Positions 27,578 through 37,288 of a stretch of DNA of 64,000 nucleotides are shown piece by piece (the first letter of the stretch is position 1; each line of letters starts with the position of its first letter). The position numbers were made by a program, and so were the translations under genes. The DNA lies in the NCBI GenBank assembly GCA_963711565.1, contig CAVQEQ010000004.1:864001-928000 (forward strand), in the 5' to 3' direction. The DNA comes from an uncultured delta proteobacterium. Lineage in GTDB: Bacteria; Desulfobacterota; Binatia; Binatales; Binataceae. The notes under the pieces were generated by a model. The model had not been told where the DNA came from. It worked only from the letters and a program-made list of their open reading frames with translations, and searched no databases.

Positions 27578-29560
27578 TCAGGCGGGAATCTCGGCGGCGC
27601 TTTGCGCCAGGTAGGCCTGGTAGGCGAGGTCGGTCGCGAGCAGGTGCGCATGTGTGCCGGAGGCGGCAATTGTTCCGCCGTGAACGAAAAAGACGCGGTC
27701 GCACGCGGCAAGCGTGCCCCCGCGATGGGCGACGATGATGACGATTCGATCGCGCGCCAGCGCGGTCAGCGTCTTCAGGAGCTCGGACTCCGAAGCTGGA
27801 TCGAGCGGCGCGGCAGGCTCGTCGAGCACGATGATTTCCGGACGTCGAAGCAGGGCGCGCGCGATCGCGATTCGCTGTTTCTGTCCGACCGACAGTCGCG
27901 CGCCACGCCGGCCGAGAACGGTCGCGTATCCGTCGGGCAGGCGGTCGATAAACTCCGCCGCACCGGCCATCGCGGCCGCCTCGCGAACATCGGCCGGCGA
28001 GGCGCTATCGCTGCCGTAGCGGATGTTGTCTTCGATCGAGGTCGAGAACAGCGACTCATTCTGAAATACGAATCCGACGCGCGCGCGAATCGTGTCGGGC
28101 GCGACGGCGCGCGAGTTGACGCCGTCGAAGGCGATCGTCCCCGCCGACGGTTCGACGAAACGCGGGATCGAGTGGATGAGCGTGGTCTTGCCGCATCCGC
28201 TGGGACCCGCCAGCGCGACCATCTCGCCCGCGCGCATCGACATCGTGACCCCGCTCAGCACGGTGGTGGCGCCGTAGCCGATCGCGACGCCGTCGAATTC
28301 CAGATTGCCGATGCGCGCGCTGAGTCCGTCGCCCCGTCCGTCGCCGACCGGCTCGGGCAGGTTGTCGAGCACGCTATGCACGCGCCGCAGTCCCGCGACC
28401 GACCCCTGCACGGATGCCCAGGTGCTGCCGATGATAGACATCGGGTTCGCCAGCATCGATCCGTAGCTCGCGAGCAGGACGATGTCGCCGAGCGTCATCT
28501 GGCCCGCAATCACCTGCATCATCAGATAGTAAAGCGCGTATCCCACCAGCACACAGCACACGGGCGTCAGCACGATCACAAGCACGAAAATGATCGCGAG
28601 CATGCGCAGCGTCGAGCGGAACGACTGCCAACTGGCGGCGTCGACGACGGCGGTCTCGCGCGCCTCCTGGCCGAACGCCTTGATCAGCTGGACCTGGGCG
28701 ACGCGCTCCTCGAACGCGGCCATCACGTCGCTGCCGCTCTCGTGCATCGACTGGCTCTGATCGCGGAGCGCGCGGCCGAAAAGACTGCTGCCGATCGCGA
28801 TCACCGGCAGAAAGAGAACCGCGACGACGACGATCACCGGCTCGTTGCTGAATTGAAACGAGAGCACGATCATCGCCATCACGAACATGAACACCGACAT
28901 GACTGGCGCGAGCACGCCGCGGTAAAATACCGGGCCGATCGATGCGCTGTCGTACATTACGCGGAAGACGGCGTCGCCGATTTTCTGGTCGGCGTACAGC
29001 GCAAGCGGCGATCGCAAAAACCGCTCGTAGACCGCGGTCCGCAGCGACTGGTTCATCCGCTGCGTGAGATCGATCGTGATGCGCGACTCGAGGTAACCGA
29101 ACAGGCCGTTCCACAGGCTGCCGCCGTCGTTGGCGTCGTTGGCGGTGACGCCGGCCTGGTCGAGGCCGCCGCTGTTCACGTTGGTGCCGAGCGCCTGCGC
29201 CTCGCCATGCACCATTCCGATCAGAATGACGGTCAGCACGAGAAACAACGAAACGGCGACGAGAATCCCGCTCCGGCTGTCGCCCACCATCGGCGTCAAA
29301 ATCGCGCCGGGAACCCCGGTCAGCGGGTGGCCGTCGATGACGTTATCGATGACGATCTTCAGCGGCCACGGCGTCATCAGGAAAAACGTCAGCGAGACGA
29401 AAACCAGCGCACACTTGAGCGCGACGAGCCGGCGATAACGGCTGACGAACGGCCAGCTCTTGACGAGGACGCGCCAGGCCTCGCGCAAGGTGAGCGGCTT
29501 ATGCTCGTCGGCGTACAGAACACTCGCGCGCGAGTCGCGCGGCGCCGCAATGTCAGGCAT
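27578..29560 (-). CDS. ABC exporter half-transporter (TMD+NBD) 2
   Basis: TM helices; GPSGCGKTT, LSVGQKQR, VLDEP, AHR. Confidence 0.9.
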   Translation of the reverse strand: MPDIAAPRDSRASVLYADEHKPLTLREAWRVLVKSWPFVSRYRRLVALKCALVFVSLTFFLMTPWPLKIVIDNVIDGHPLTGVPGAILTPMVGDSRSGILVAVSLFLVLTVILIGMVHGEAQALGTNVNSGGLDQAGVTANDANDGGSLWNGLFGYLESRITIDLTQRMNQSLRTAVYERFLRSPLALYADQKIGDAVFRVMYDSASIGPVFYRGVLAPVMSVFMFVMAMIVLSFQFSNEPVIVVVAVLFLPVIAIGSSLFGRALRDQSQSMHESGSDVMAAFEERVAQVQLIKAFGQEARETAVVDAASWQSFRSTLRMLAIIFVLVIVLTPVCCVLVGYALYYLMMQVIAGQMTLGDIVLLASYGSMLANPMSIIGSTWASVQGSVAGLRRVHSVLDNLPEPVGDGRGDGLSARIGNLEFDGVAIGYGATTVLSGVTMSMRAGEMVALAGPSGCGKTTLIHSIPRFVEPSAGTIAFDGVNSRAVAPDTIRARVGFVFQNESLFSTSIEDNIRYGSDSASPADVREAAAMAGAAEFIDRLPDGYATVLGRRGARLSVGQKQRIAIARALLRRPEIIVLDEPAAPLDPASESELLKTLTALARDRIVIIVAHRGGTLAACDRVFFVHGGTIAASGTHAHLLATDLAYQAYLAQSAAEIPA

Positions 29561-31427
29561 TGCTCACCTCGCGAATCGGGACGTCGTTTAGGGCGGCGCC
29601 GTTCGCGGCAACCAGGCGGCCCGCGGCGAGTTGGTAGATTCGGTCGGCGCGCGACGCGGTGGTGCGGCGATGCGTTGCGAGAATCACCATGCGACGGGTG
29701 GGCTGCTCGTTCACCCAGGCGCGCAGGCCGAGCATCACGGCCTCCTCGGAGGCCACATCGAGCGCCGAGGTCGGTTCGTCGAGGAGAAGAATCGGTGCGT
29801 TGCGCAGAATAGCGCGGGCGAGACCGAGGCGCTGCGCTTGTCCGGTAGAAAACTTCGAGCCCTTTTCGCCGAGCATCGTGTCGAGGCCGGCCGGCAGCGA
29901 GCGAACGAAGTCGCCCAGGCCGGCGCGATGAATCGCTTCGGCAACTTCGGCGGTCGATGCGTCCGGGCGGCCGTACGCGACGTTGTCGCGGATGCTCGCC
30001 GTGAACAGCGGATTTTCCTGCAGCGCCACCGAAAGCATCCCGCGCCACGCCGGAAGGTCGAAGCTTTCGATCGGTTCGGCATCGAGCAGAATACGGCCCG
30101 CTGACGGATCGAAGAATCGCACGATGAGCGAGATGATGGTGCTCTTGCCGGAGCCGCTGGGTCCGGCGATTGCGGTAATTTCACCGACACGCGCCTCGAG
30201 GCTCACGCCGGCGAGGACCGGCGAGCGTGGGTCGTAGCCGAAGGTCACGTCGTCGAAGGCGAGCGTGGTGGCGGATGCCGGCGGGATTGCATGGCCGCTG
30301 CTGACGCTATGCTCGGGCGTTTTGCCAAGCATCTCGAGCACGCGCGACATCGCGACGACCACGTCCTGCATGCTGCCCCACAGGTCGGTGAGATTTCGCA
30401 TGCGCGCGCTCACCCTGCCAACCAGCGCGAGCGAACCCTGGAACAGTCCGAGCGACACCGCGACGTACGCGAGACCAGCGGATCCGCCTGCCATCACTTC
30501 TGTCGCGCCGACATACAGCGCGGCAACGTAAGCGAGACCGCGAACCGTATTAGTCACAACGCGATAGCGCGCGAGCATCAGGCGCGCGCGGCGGCCGGCA
30601 AGGAATGCGTTCCAGTTGTCGCGCGCGTAGTTCTCAGATTCGCGCGCTTCGGTGCCGAAAGCTTTGACGGTTCTAATTGACGCGAGCGTTTCCTCGATGC
30701 GCGTGGTCGCGAGCGACGTGGCTTCACGTTCACCGATGAAAGCGGCGCGCAACGAGTTCGCGTACATCCACGCCAATATGAAGTTCGTGGGCAGCAGCAG
30801 CGCCGCAATGAGTGCCAGCCGAGCGTCATAGAAGACCAGGTAGAGCAGCGAGCCGATGGCGGCGGGAATGAAAATGAGCGGCTGAACGATCAGGCCGTCG
30901 ATGACGCTCGGAATCGCGGCGGAGTCCTGGAACATCCGGAAAATCGCGTCACCGATTTTCTCCTCGGAATGAAAGCGGACGCTAAGCTCCTGCATCCGCG
31001 TATAGAGATTGACGCGGAACAGATTGCTGATGCGCTGTAAGATCCAAATCGCGTAGCCGAGCAGGAGTCCGTAAACTATCAGGCCGACGACGGCTGCAAT
31101 TCCTGCGACGACGCACGCATGGATCAGAACGGTGCGCCGATCGGCATGCAGCGGCACGCGGAGCATCCACGCCTGAGCGCGCGTCAAGGCGGCGCCGTGG
31201 CCGACGACGTCGAAGAAAACGCGCGTGAGATTGAGTCCAACTAGTCCGGCAAGGAGCGCCGGCATGATGAGGATGAACAGGTACGCGAGGTGGCGTCGGT
31301 AAGGGCGGACGAACGGCCACACCCGCGCGAGCAGGCGGAAGACGTTGCGCGAACGGAGCCGGCGAGCGTTGGGGAACGCGATCTCGCTGGGAGCCGGGGG
31401 CGCGGTGATTGTCGGTTCGGCGTTCAA
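29553..31427 (-). CDS. ABC exporter half-transporter (TMD+NBD) 1
   Basis: TM helices; GPSGSGKST, FSTGQAQR, LLDEPTSALD, THR. Start uncertain (TTG 31427 chosen; frame open to 31559). Confidence 0.88.
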   Translation of the reverse strand: MNAEPTITAPPAPSEIAFPNARRLRSRNVFRLLARVWPFVRPYRRHLAYLFILIMPALLAGLVGLNLTRVFFDVVGHGAALTRAQAWMLRVPLHADRRTVLIHACVVAGIAAVVGLIVYGLLLGYAIWILQRISNLFRVNLYTRMQELSVRFHSEEKIGDAIFRMFQDSAAIPSVIDGLIVQPLIFIPAAIGSLLYLVFYDARLALIAALLLPTNFILAWMYANSLRAAFIGEREATSLATTRIEETLASIRTVKAFGTEARESENYARDNWNAFLAGRRARLMLARYRVVTNTVRGLAYVAALYVGATEVMAGGSAGLAYVAVSLGLFQGSLALVGRVSARMRNLTDLWGSMQDVVVAMSRVLEMLGKTPEHSVSSGHAIPPASATTLAFDDVTFGYDPRSPVLAGVSLEARVGEITAIAGPSGSGKSTIISLIVRFFDPSAGRILLDAEPIESFDLPAWRGMLSVALQENPLFTASIRDNVAYGRPDASTAEVAEAIHRAGLGDFVRSLPAGLDTMLGEKGSKFSTGQAQRLGLARAILRNAPILLLDEPTSALDVASEEAVMLGLRAWVNEQPTRRMVILATHRRTTASRADRIYQLAAGRLVAANGAALNDVPIREVSNA

Positions 31428-31580
31428 TCGAATCGCAGTCTTCTGACTCCTCTGTATGCGGAAGGTCGGGGAGTCTCTAAAATCATAACGGCCTGCGGAG
31501 CGGCGGGTAAAGGTACCCGCGCAATACAGTTTGATGGTAACTTCGCGGAATTGCCGCACAGCACTGAAAAGGAGCGCATC

Positions 31581-32387
31581 ATGCCTGCGTTAATCTTCGA
31601 GAAGCGGAACCACGTCGCCTATCTCACGATGAACCGGCCCGAGGTTCACAATTCACTGAATCCGGAAATGCTGGTCAACCTTGCGGCGGCGTGGAAGGAG
31701 ATCGAGGGCGACGACGCGATTCGTGCGACGATCGTGACCGGCGCGGGCAAGGTCGCGTTCTCCGCCGGTGCCGATCTTGGCAAGCTGATTCCGCTGTTCA
31801 CCGGCGCGCGCAAGCCCGAGGACGAATGGGACAACAAGCTGCTCGCGGATCGCAAACTCGGCGACATCGCGTTGCTGCGCGGCTATGACATGGACAAGCC
31901 GGTGATTTCCGCCGTCAACGGATTTTGCATCGCGGGCGGAATGGAATTTATCCAGGGCACAGATCTTCGCGTCGCGGCGGAGAACGCGAGCTTCGGCTTG
32001 CAGGAAGTGAAATGGGCGATCATCCCGGCCGCCGGCTCGCTGGCGCGATTGCAGCGGCAGATTCCGTACTGCAAGGCGATGGAGATTCTGCTGACGGGCA
32101 ATCGGATCGACGCGCAGGAGGCGTGGCGCCTCGGACTCGTGAACTACGTCGTGCCGCAAGACAAGTTGATCGCGAAGGCGGAGGAACTCGCGGCGACGAT
32201 CGCGCAGAACGGGCCTTTGGCGGTGCGCAAGATCAAAGAGGCGGTGCGGCGAACGTCAGGGCGTCCGTATGAAGAGGCGTTCAAGATCGAAAACGAAATC
32301 GCGCGCGAAGTCATGAAGTCCGAGGACGCGAAGGAGGGCCCGCGCTCGTTCATGGAGAAGCGCAAGCCTAACTACAAAGGGCGGTAG
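31581..32387 (+). CDS. Enoyl-CoA hydratase/crotonase family
   Basis: FSAGADL, AVNGFCIAGGME, FGLQEV; AAGGAG RBS. Confidence 0.93.
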   Translation: MPALIFEKRNHVAYLTMNRPEVHNSLNPEMLVNLAAAWKEIEGDDAIRATIVTGAGKVAFSAGADLGKLIPLFTGARKPEDEWDNKLLADRKLGDIALLRGYDMDKPVISAVNGFCIAGGMEFIQGTDLRVAAENASFGLQEVKWAIIPAAGSLARLQRQIPYCKAMEILLTGNRIDAQEAWRLGLVNYVVPQDKLIAKAEELAATIAQNGPLAVRKIKEAVRRTSGRPYEEAFKIENEIAREVMKSEDAKEGPRSFMEKRKPNYKGR

Positions 32388-32390
32388 CGC

Positions 32391-33401
32391 CTACGCTCCG
32401 GCCAGTGCGCGCATCGTGTTGGGATAGTCTCGCGACGACGTTGCTGCGGGGCCGATTGGAAAGACCACGGGATGAGTGATGCCGGCGGCGCGGAATCGCG
32501 CGACGAAATCGCGGCCGGCCTTGGCGTTTCCGAACACCGCGATTTTGCGGCATGAGGCTTCCGAGATTGCCTTCGGAGCCTCGTCGCGCTTGCCGAGTTT
32601 CCACAGCCGGCGGACCTCGTCGAACTCCGCCGCGAGTCCGTAGCGCGCGAACATCTTGTTGTAGCTGTCCACGAACGCGTAACCGGCCAGCTCGCGACGG
32701 AACGAATCGACGGCTTTGTCCTCGTCCTCCGTGATGCACATACGGATGTAGATGCCGACATCGACGGCGGACGGGTCGCGGCCCGCGGCTTTGGCGCCTT
32801 CGGCGATGTGCTGCACCATCGGCGCGATTGCCTCGGGCGGCGAGTAGTTCATCAGGACGCCGTCGGCGACTTCGCCTGCCAGTCGAAGCATCGGGGCGTT
32901 TAGGCCCGCGAGATAAATCTTGGGCGGATGCGGCGCGGTGATGCGCATGCTCAGCTTGAAGTCGGACTTGTAAACTTTGCCCTGGAACTTCGAGCGGCCC
33001 TCGGTGAACAACTGGCGCATGATCGTGACGCACTCGCGCATCGCGGTGACGGGTTTGCGATACGACGCGCCGTGCCATCGCTCGACGATGATCGGACTCG
33101 ACACGCCGAGACCCGCGATAGCTCGTCCGCCCGACAGTTCGTTGATAGTGAGGAAGCCCATCGCCATCGCGCCCGGCGTGCGAATCTGAATCGGGATGAC
33201 TCCCGTGGCCAGTTCGGCTTTGCGCGTGTTGACCGCAAGCGCGGCGAGGCTGACGAACGCGTCGGGCCCGCTGACCTCGGCGATCCACAATGACGTGTAG
33301 CCGAGATCCTCGGCCTCGCGGATTAACGCGAGGCGGCCGGCGAGCGCGTCGGCGCCGACGCCGACGTTGGTTTGAAGTCCGAGCTTTTGATTCGATGGCA
33401 T
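32391..33401 (-). CDS. LLM-class (luciferase-like) flavin/F420-dependent oxidoreductase
   Basis: AEDLGYTSLWIAE, ELSGGRAIAGLGVS, IYLAGLNAPMLRLAGEVADG. Confidence 0.9.
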   Translation of the reverse strand: MPSNQKLGLQTNVGVGADALAGRLALIREAEDLGYTSLWIAEVSGPDAFVSLAALAVNTRKAELATGVIPIQIRTPGAMAMGFLTINELSGGRAIAGLGVSSPIIVERWHGASYRKPVTAMRECVTIMRQLFTEGRSKFQGKVYKSDFKLSMRITAPHPPKIYLAGLNAPMLRLAGEVADGVLMNYSPPEAIAPMVQHIAEGAKAAGRDPSAVDVGIYIRMCITEDEDKAVDSFRRELAGYAFVDSYNKMFARYGLAAEFDEVRRLWKLGKRDEAPKAISEASCRKIAVFGNAKAGRDFVARFRAAGITHPVVFPIGPAATSSRDYPNTMRALAGA

Positions 33402-33489
33402 CTGAAAAATCCGTAGGAGTTTGAGTTGCGCAGATTGTGCGGGTATTCGATTATGGCTGCAAGCATAGCCCAGACGGGGGTTTTGAACG

Positions 33490-34245
33490 ATGGCGTACTT
33501 CGATTCCGATGGCGTGCAGATTTATTTCGAGGAGCATGGCAAGGGCGAGCCGGTCGTGCTGGTGCACGGGTTTGCGTCGCGCGCGGAGCATAACTGGGGT
33601 GCGATGAATTGGTTCACTACGCTCGCGCCGCACTATCGCGTCGTCGCGCTCGATTGCCGCGGGCACGGCAAGAGCGGCAAGCCGCACGATCCAGCGGCGT
33701 ATGCCGGCGCGACGATGGGCGACGACGTGATTCGGCTGATGGACCATCTTGGAATCAAGCGCACGCTGATCATGGGCTACTCGATGGGCGGGCGGATCGT
33801 CACGGGACTGCTGATGACGCATCCGGAGCGTCTGCGTGCGGCGGTGCTCGGCGGAATCGGCGCGGCATCAGGGTCGAACTTCGACCGCAAGCCGATCGTC
33901 GATGCGATGCTGGCCCAAGATACGTCCCGTATCACTGACCAGCGTGCAAAGGAGTTTCGACAGTTCGCGGAGCTTACGGGCAACGACTTGAAGGCGTTGG
34001 CGGCGTGCATGGGATCGAATCGCGAGGATTTCACGGCCGAGGAAATTGCGGCGCAGAAAATTCGCGTGCCGGTCATGATCGTCATCGGGAAGAAGGATTT
34101 GCTGGTCGGCGATCCGACCCGGCTGCGCGATGCGATCCCGGGGAGCAAGCTGGTGATGCTCGAAGGACGCGATCACATGAGTGCGCCGGGCGATACGATT
34201 TACAAGGAATCGGTTCTGGAGTTTTTCAAATCCGCGCCGGCGTAA
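33490..34245 (+). CDS. Alpha/beta hydrolase
   Basis: VLVHGF, DCRGHGKS, GYSMGG nucleophile elbow, C-terminal His. Confidence 0.92.
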   Translation: MAYFDSDGVQIYFEEHGKGEPVVLVHGFASRAEHNWGAMNWFTTLAPHYRVVALDCRGHGKSGKPHDPAAYAGATMGDDVIRLMDHLGIKRTLIMGYSMGGRIVTGLLMTHPERLRAAVLGGIGAASGSNFDRKPIVDAMLAQDTSRITDQRAKEFRQFAELTGNDLKALAACMGSNREDFTAEEIAAQKIRVPVMIVIGKKDLLVGDPTRLRDAIPGSKLVMLEGRDHMSAPGDTIYKESVLEFFKSAPA

Positions 34246-34289
34246 GAAGTCCCGGCGGCTGGCGCTGCTTGCATTGGTCGGGGTGAGTG

Positions 34290-35150
34290 CTAGCTGATGC
34301 GCGGGGCGTTTAGGGTGCCGGTCAGGTGGTAGGGTTCCGGGCCTGGGGGGTGCGGCAAGGTTGTGAGCAGTATCCCGAGCTGCGCGGCGGCGGCGGGAGT
34401 TGTCGAAAGAGTGAATTGGATTGCGAGCTCGCTGTCGCCGGGGTCGGGTGCGAGCTGGATCGTTCCTTCGGCGGTCAGGATCAAATCGCCGCCGGTGGTC
34501 GTGAATTCTTCGATCGTCAGCGTGCCATCATCCAATGTGAACTTTGAATAGCCTTCGCCGAGACGGATCGGCGCCTGCGCGAAGGGTGACGTGAACGTCA
34601 GTCCCGCGGCGCTTAGTTCACCGTCGCCGGTTTGCGCGATGTTATCGGGCGAGAGCAACAGACTGCCGCTGCCGGAAAGCGCGCCGGCGGTACTCGCGCC
34701 GGGGATCGTCCACAACTGCTGACGCGCCAGCTCGACCGAGTCGAGGTCGTAGCTGATAGCGGTGTTGCCGCCGCTGGGGCGGATGGTGACGCTCACGACG
34801 CCGTCGTAGAGATTGGCCTTGACGCGGACGCCGGGATGCATGGTGAGCATCGAGAGGAACGCGGGCGCGATGGTGACGGCCGGGCTCTCGACGAGCAGGC
34901 CGGCGGACGCGGGCCGGGTCGAGGTCAAGCGGACATCCGACAAGCGCGCACCGAACGGAAAGCTGGCGGTCTGACCCGTGCTAGAGAACTCGAGGCCCAT
35001 CGGCGCGAGGACCTTGGTGAGAGTGGCGGAGTAGGGAAAGGTGGAAATCAGGTACGCGGCGAAGAGCGTCAGGCCGACGACTACATAGCCGATGCGAACG
35101 AGACCCGGGCGCCGGATTGGCGCGGACGTGTCAGCGCGCGCATCAGGCAT
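34290..35150 (-). CDS. gspN: Type II secretion system protein N
   Basis: N-terminal TM helix then TFPY, beta-rich body, C-terminal LTGTLNAPR; last gene of the gsp operon. Confidence 0.75.
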   Translation of the reverse strand: MPDARADTSAPIRRPGLVRIGYVVVGLTLFAAYLISTFPYSATLTKVLAPMGLEFSSTGQTASFPFGARLSDVRLTSTRPASAGLLVESPAVTIAPAFLSMLTMHPGVRVKANLYDGVVSVTIRPSGGNTAISYDLDSVELARQQLWTIPGASTAGALSGSGSLLLSPDNIAQTGDGELSAAGLTFTSPFAQAPIRLGEGYSKFTLDDGTLTIEEFTTTGGDLILTAEGTIQLAPDPGDSELAIQFTLSTTPAAAAQLGILLTTLPHPPGPEPYHLTGTLNAPRIS

Positions 35151-35787
35151 TCTTGGCGAGCGCAACACAGGTGAGGTCAACGTCGTAGGAATGCGTGTCC
35201 TGGGTGCGGCGCTGGATGCGAATGTTCGACACGCCGATCGGCATCGGCAGCGAATTGATGCCGTAGAGCGCGTCAACCACCTGCGAGAGACTCAGGTTGT
35301 CGAGTTTCAACTGTACGCTGTACTCGATGAAGCCGTCGGTGAGTTTGCGGTCGGAGCCGGGGGTGATCGAGCCGATTTTGTCGCGGCCGACAGTCTTGGT
35401 CATCGAGGCTTCGACAACGGAGAACAGCGAAAAATCCCTGCCCGTTGGCACCGTGCGTTTCTCGGCGGCGGCGAGGTTGGCCTTGAGCTGGGCGTACGTG
35501 CCGGCGAGCTGGCGAACCTCGATGAGATCGTTTTGCCGCTGGGTGATCTTGTCCTGGAGGCCGGAGCTCAGATCGACGATTGGCACATAGATCAGGTTGT
35601 AGATAAGAAAAATTCCGATCAGGCCGCCGGCGATTTGCACGAGGATACGTTCGCGCGGTTCGAGTTTCTGATAGCGGCCGCGCGCCTGCACCAGCATCGG
35701 ATCGATGCGGGTGGCGGCCTGCTTGAGCCATGGACGGAGCAGGTCCATCACTCGCGCGCGCAGATCGTCGATCCATTCCTTAAGCAT
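35143..35787 (-). CDS. gspM: Type II secretion system protein M
   Basis: YQKLEPRERIL plus TM helix, coiled coil and ferredoxin-like C-terminus; position in operon. Confidence 0.8.
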   Translation of the reverse strand: MLKEWIDDLRARVMDLLRPWLKQAATRIDPMLVQARGRYQKLEPRERILVQIAGGLIGIFLIYNLIYVPIVDLSSGLQDKITQRQNDLIEVRQLAGTYAQLKANLAAAEKRTVPTGRDFSLFSVVEASMTKTVGRDKIGSITPGSDRKLTDGFIEYSVQLKLDNLSLSQVVDALYGINSLPMPIGVSNIRIQRRTQDTHSYDVDLTCVALAKNA

Positions 35788-37273
35788 TGCGGCTATTCTT
35801 CTCCGCGATCGTTCGACGGCACGGCGTCTTTGAAATCCGCGTCCATCCGAAAATCCACTTTGCTCGGATCCAGCCGGCCTTCGCATGCGCGACCTCGATC
35901 GAGCCGAAGAAGCCGCTATGGTCGAGCGCCTCTTTCGCTTGATCGACGGTGGTGAACGAATCGGCCTGGCCGGTCACGCGCAAGCCCTGCGAATCGATCT
36001 GCACGTCGGCCATCTGGACCGGGAAGCGGGGCGGCAGTGCGCGCGACACAGCGACCAGCGTGTCGAGCGGCGAGTGAGTCAGATTGCCGCCGATCAGGTT
36101 GAGCCGCTTGTTCATCTTGATGATCCCGCTTTGCAACTGCGCCTTGGCGTCGGCCGGATCGGTTTCGCCGAGGACCGGTCCGGCGACGGCGGCGATTTGC
36201 GCATTGATCTTGCTCAACTGATGGAGATTGGCGGAGACGCCGAGCGCGAAATGAAAAACGATCATAGCCAGCAGCGCGGCGGCGAGAATGCCCGAAGTGT
36301 AGAATGGGCTGAAGTCGCCACGGATGCGTCCGCGGAACATGAACTCGCCCTGGCGGAAATTGATCAGAGGAAGCGGCTGAGTCGGCAACTCGCCCATCAG
36401 CATCGCGATGCAGGAGGAGAATTTGCCGGTGTTCGGCACCGGGCCTTCGAAGATGCCGGTGTAGTCGAACGCGCCGCCGTCGCGTACCGACATCGCGAGC
36501 GAATCGGAGAGCAGTCCACGCACCTTCGGATAGGCCGCGGCGGCGCCGGCCAGGATCACCTCGGTCTGTTCGGTTTCCTCGCGGCTGGCAAGCAGGGTCT
36601 GACGCACCGAGTTGAGAATCGGCGCGGCCGCGTCCGCCGCCACCGGCGAGCCGTCGGACGTCATCAGGCCGCCGGCCATCGAACGCATCGCGCGCGGGGT
36701 TCCGGCCAGGTCGACGAGGACGACCGACGTGGAGGATTCGTCGCCTTCGACGACAAGGTGCGCCATCGGCTTGGCGCCGTTGCCGTTTTTGGCGCGCGTG
36801 AACATCGCGGCCAGCGCGAGCGGCGCGAGCGTGACGGTCCTGGGATCGAGTCCGGCTTTATGCAGCAGATCGAGATGCTGCTGGAGATCGGTCTTGCGCA
36901 CCATCGCGGCGATGACGAGCGTGTGGTCGCCCTCGCGCCCGACGCGGGCAAAGGCGACGACGCCATTGTTGACCGGAAACGGCAGATGCTCTTCGAGTGC
37001 GAAGGGAACGACCTGATGCAGACGGCGCGCATCCTTGAACGGCAGTTCGAGGATGCGCTTGACGACGCGATCCGCGGGCAGCGCCGAGATGACGATGTCG
37101 GGCTGGCCGGCCTCGACGATCAGGCGCGAGAGCGCGCCGCTCAGGTCGCCCTCGTCATCGGCGCGAACCTTGTCGTACATGCCGGTGAGCGTGAACGAGT
37201 TCCACGAGCGTTCCGCCATCGCGGCGCGCACGCGGTCGCCGACCAGCTCCAGCGCAAGTATTCGTTGAGCCAT
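35780..37273 (-). CDS. gspL: Type II secretion system protein L (PilM/PilN-like); probable 1-bp frameshift near 35872
   Basis: Actin-like N-domain (LELPF, EEHLPFP), INFRQGEF, TM helix. An alternative frame gives a more plausible C-terminus DPSKVDFRMDADFKD...EE* ending at 35793. Confidence 0.82.
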   Translation of the reverse strand: MAQRILALELVGDRVRAAMAERSWNSFTLTGMYDKVRADDEGDLSGALSRLIVEAGQPDIVISALPADRVVKRILELPFKDARRLHQVVPFALEEHLPFPVNNGVVAFARVGREGDHTLVIAAMVRKTDLQQHLDLLHKAGLDPRTVTLAPLALAAMFTRAKNGNGAKPMAHLVVEGDESSTSVVLVDLAGTPRAMRSMAGGLMTSDGSPVAADAAAPILNSVRQTLLASREETEQTEVILAGAAAAYPKVRGLLSDSLAMSVRDGGAFDYTGIFEGPVPNTGKFSSCIAMLMGELPTQPLPLINFRQGEFMFRGRIRGDFSPFYTSGILAAALLAMIVFHFALGVSANLHQLSKINAQIAAVAGPVLGETDPADAKAQLQSGIIKMNKRLNLIGGNLTHSPLDTLVAVSRALPPRFPVQMADVQIDSQGLRVTGQADSFTTVDQAKEALDHSGFFGSIEVAHAKAGWIRAKWIFGWTRISKTPCRRTIAEKNSRNA

Positions 37274-37288
37274 TAAACGCCCTTGACC

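Noticed and set aside
27182-29812. 876-aa plus-strand ORF (and similar long antisense ORFs at 35885-37276, 42072-43469)
   Set aside because: Mirror frames of well-supported minus-strand genes; no recognisable domains.
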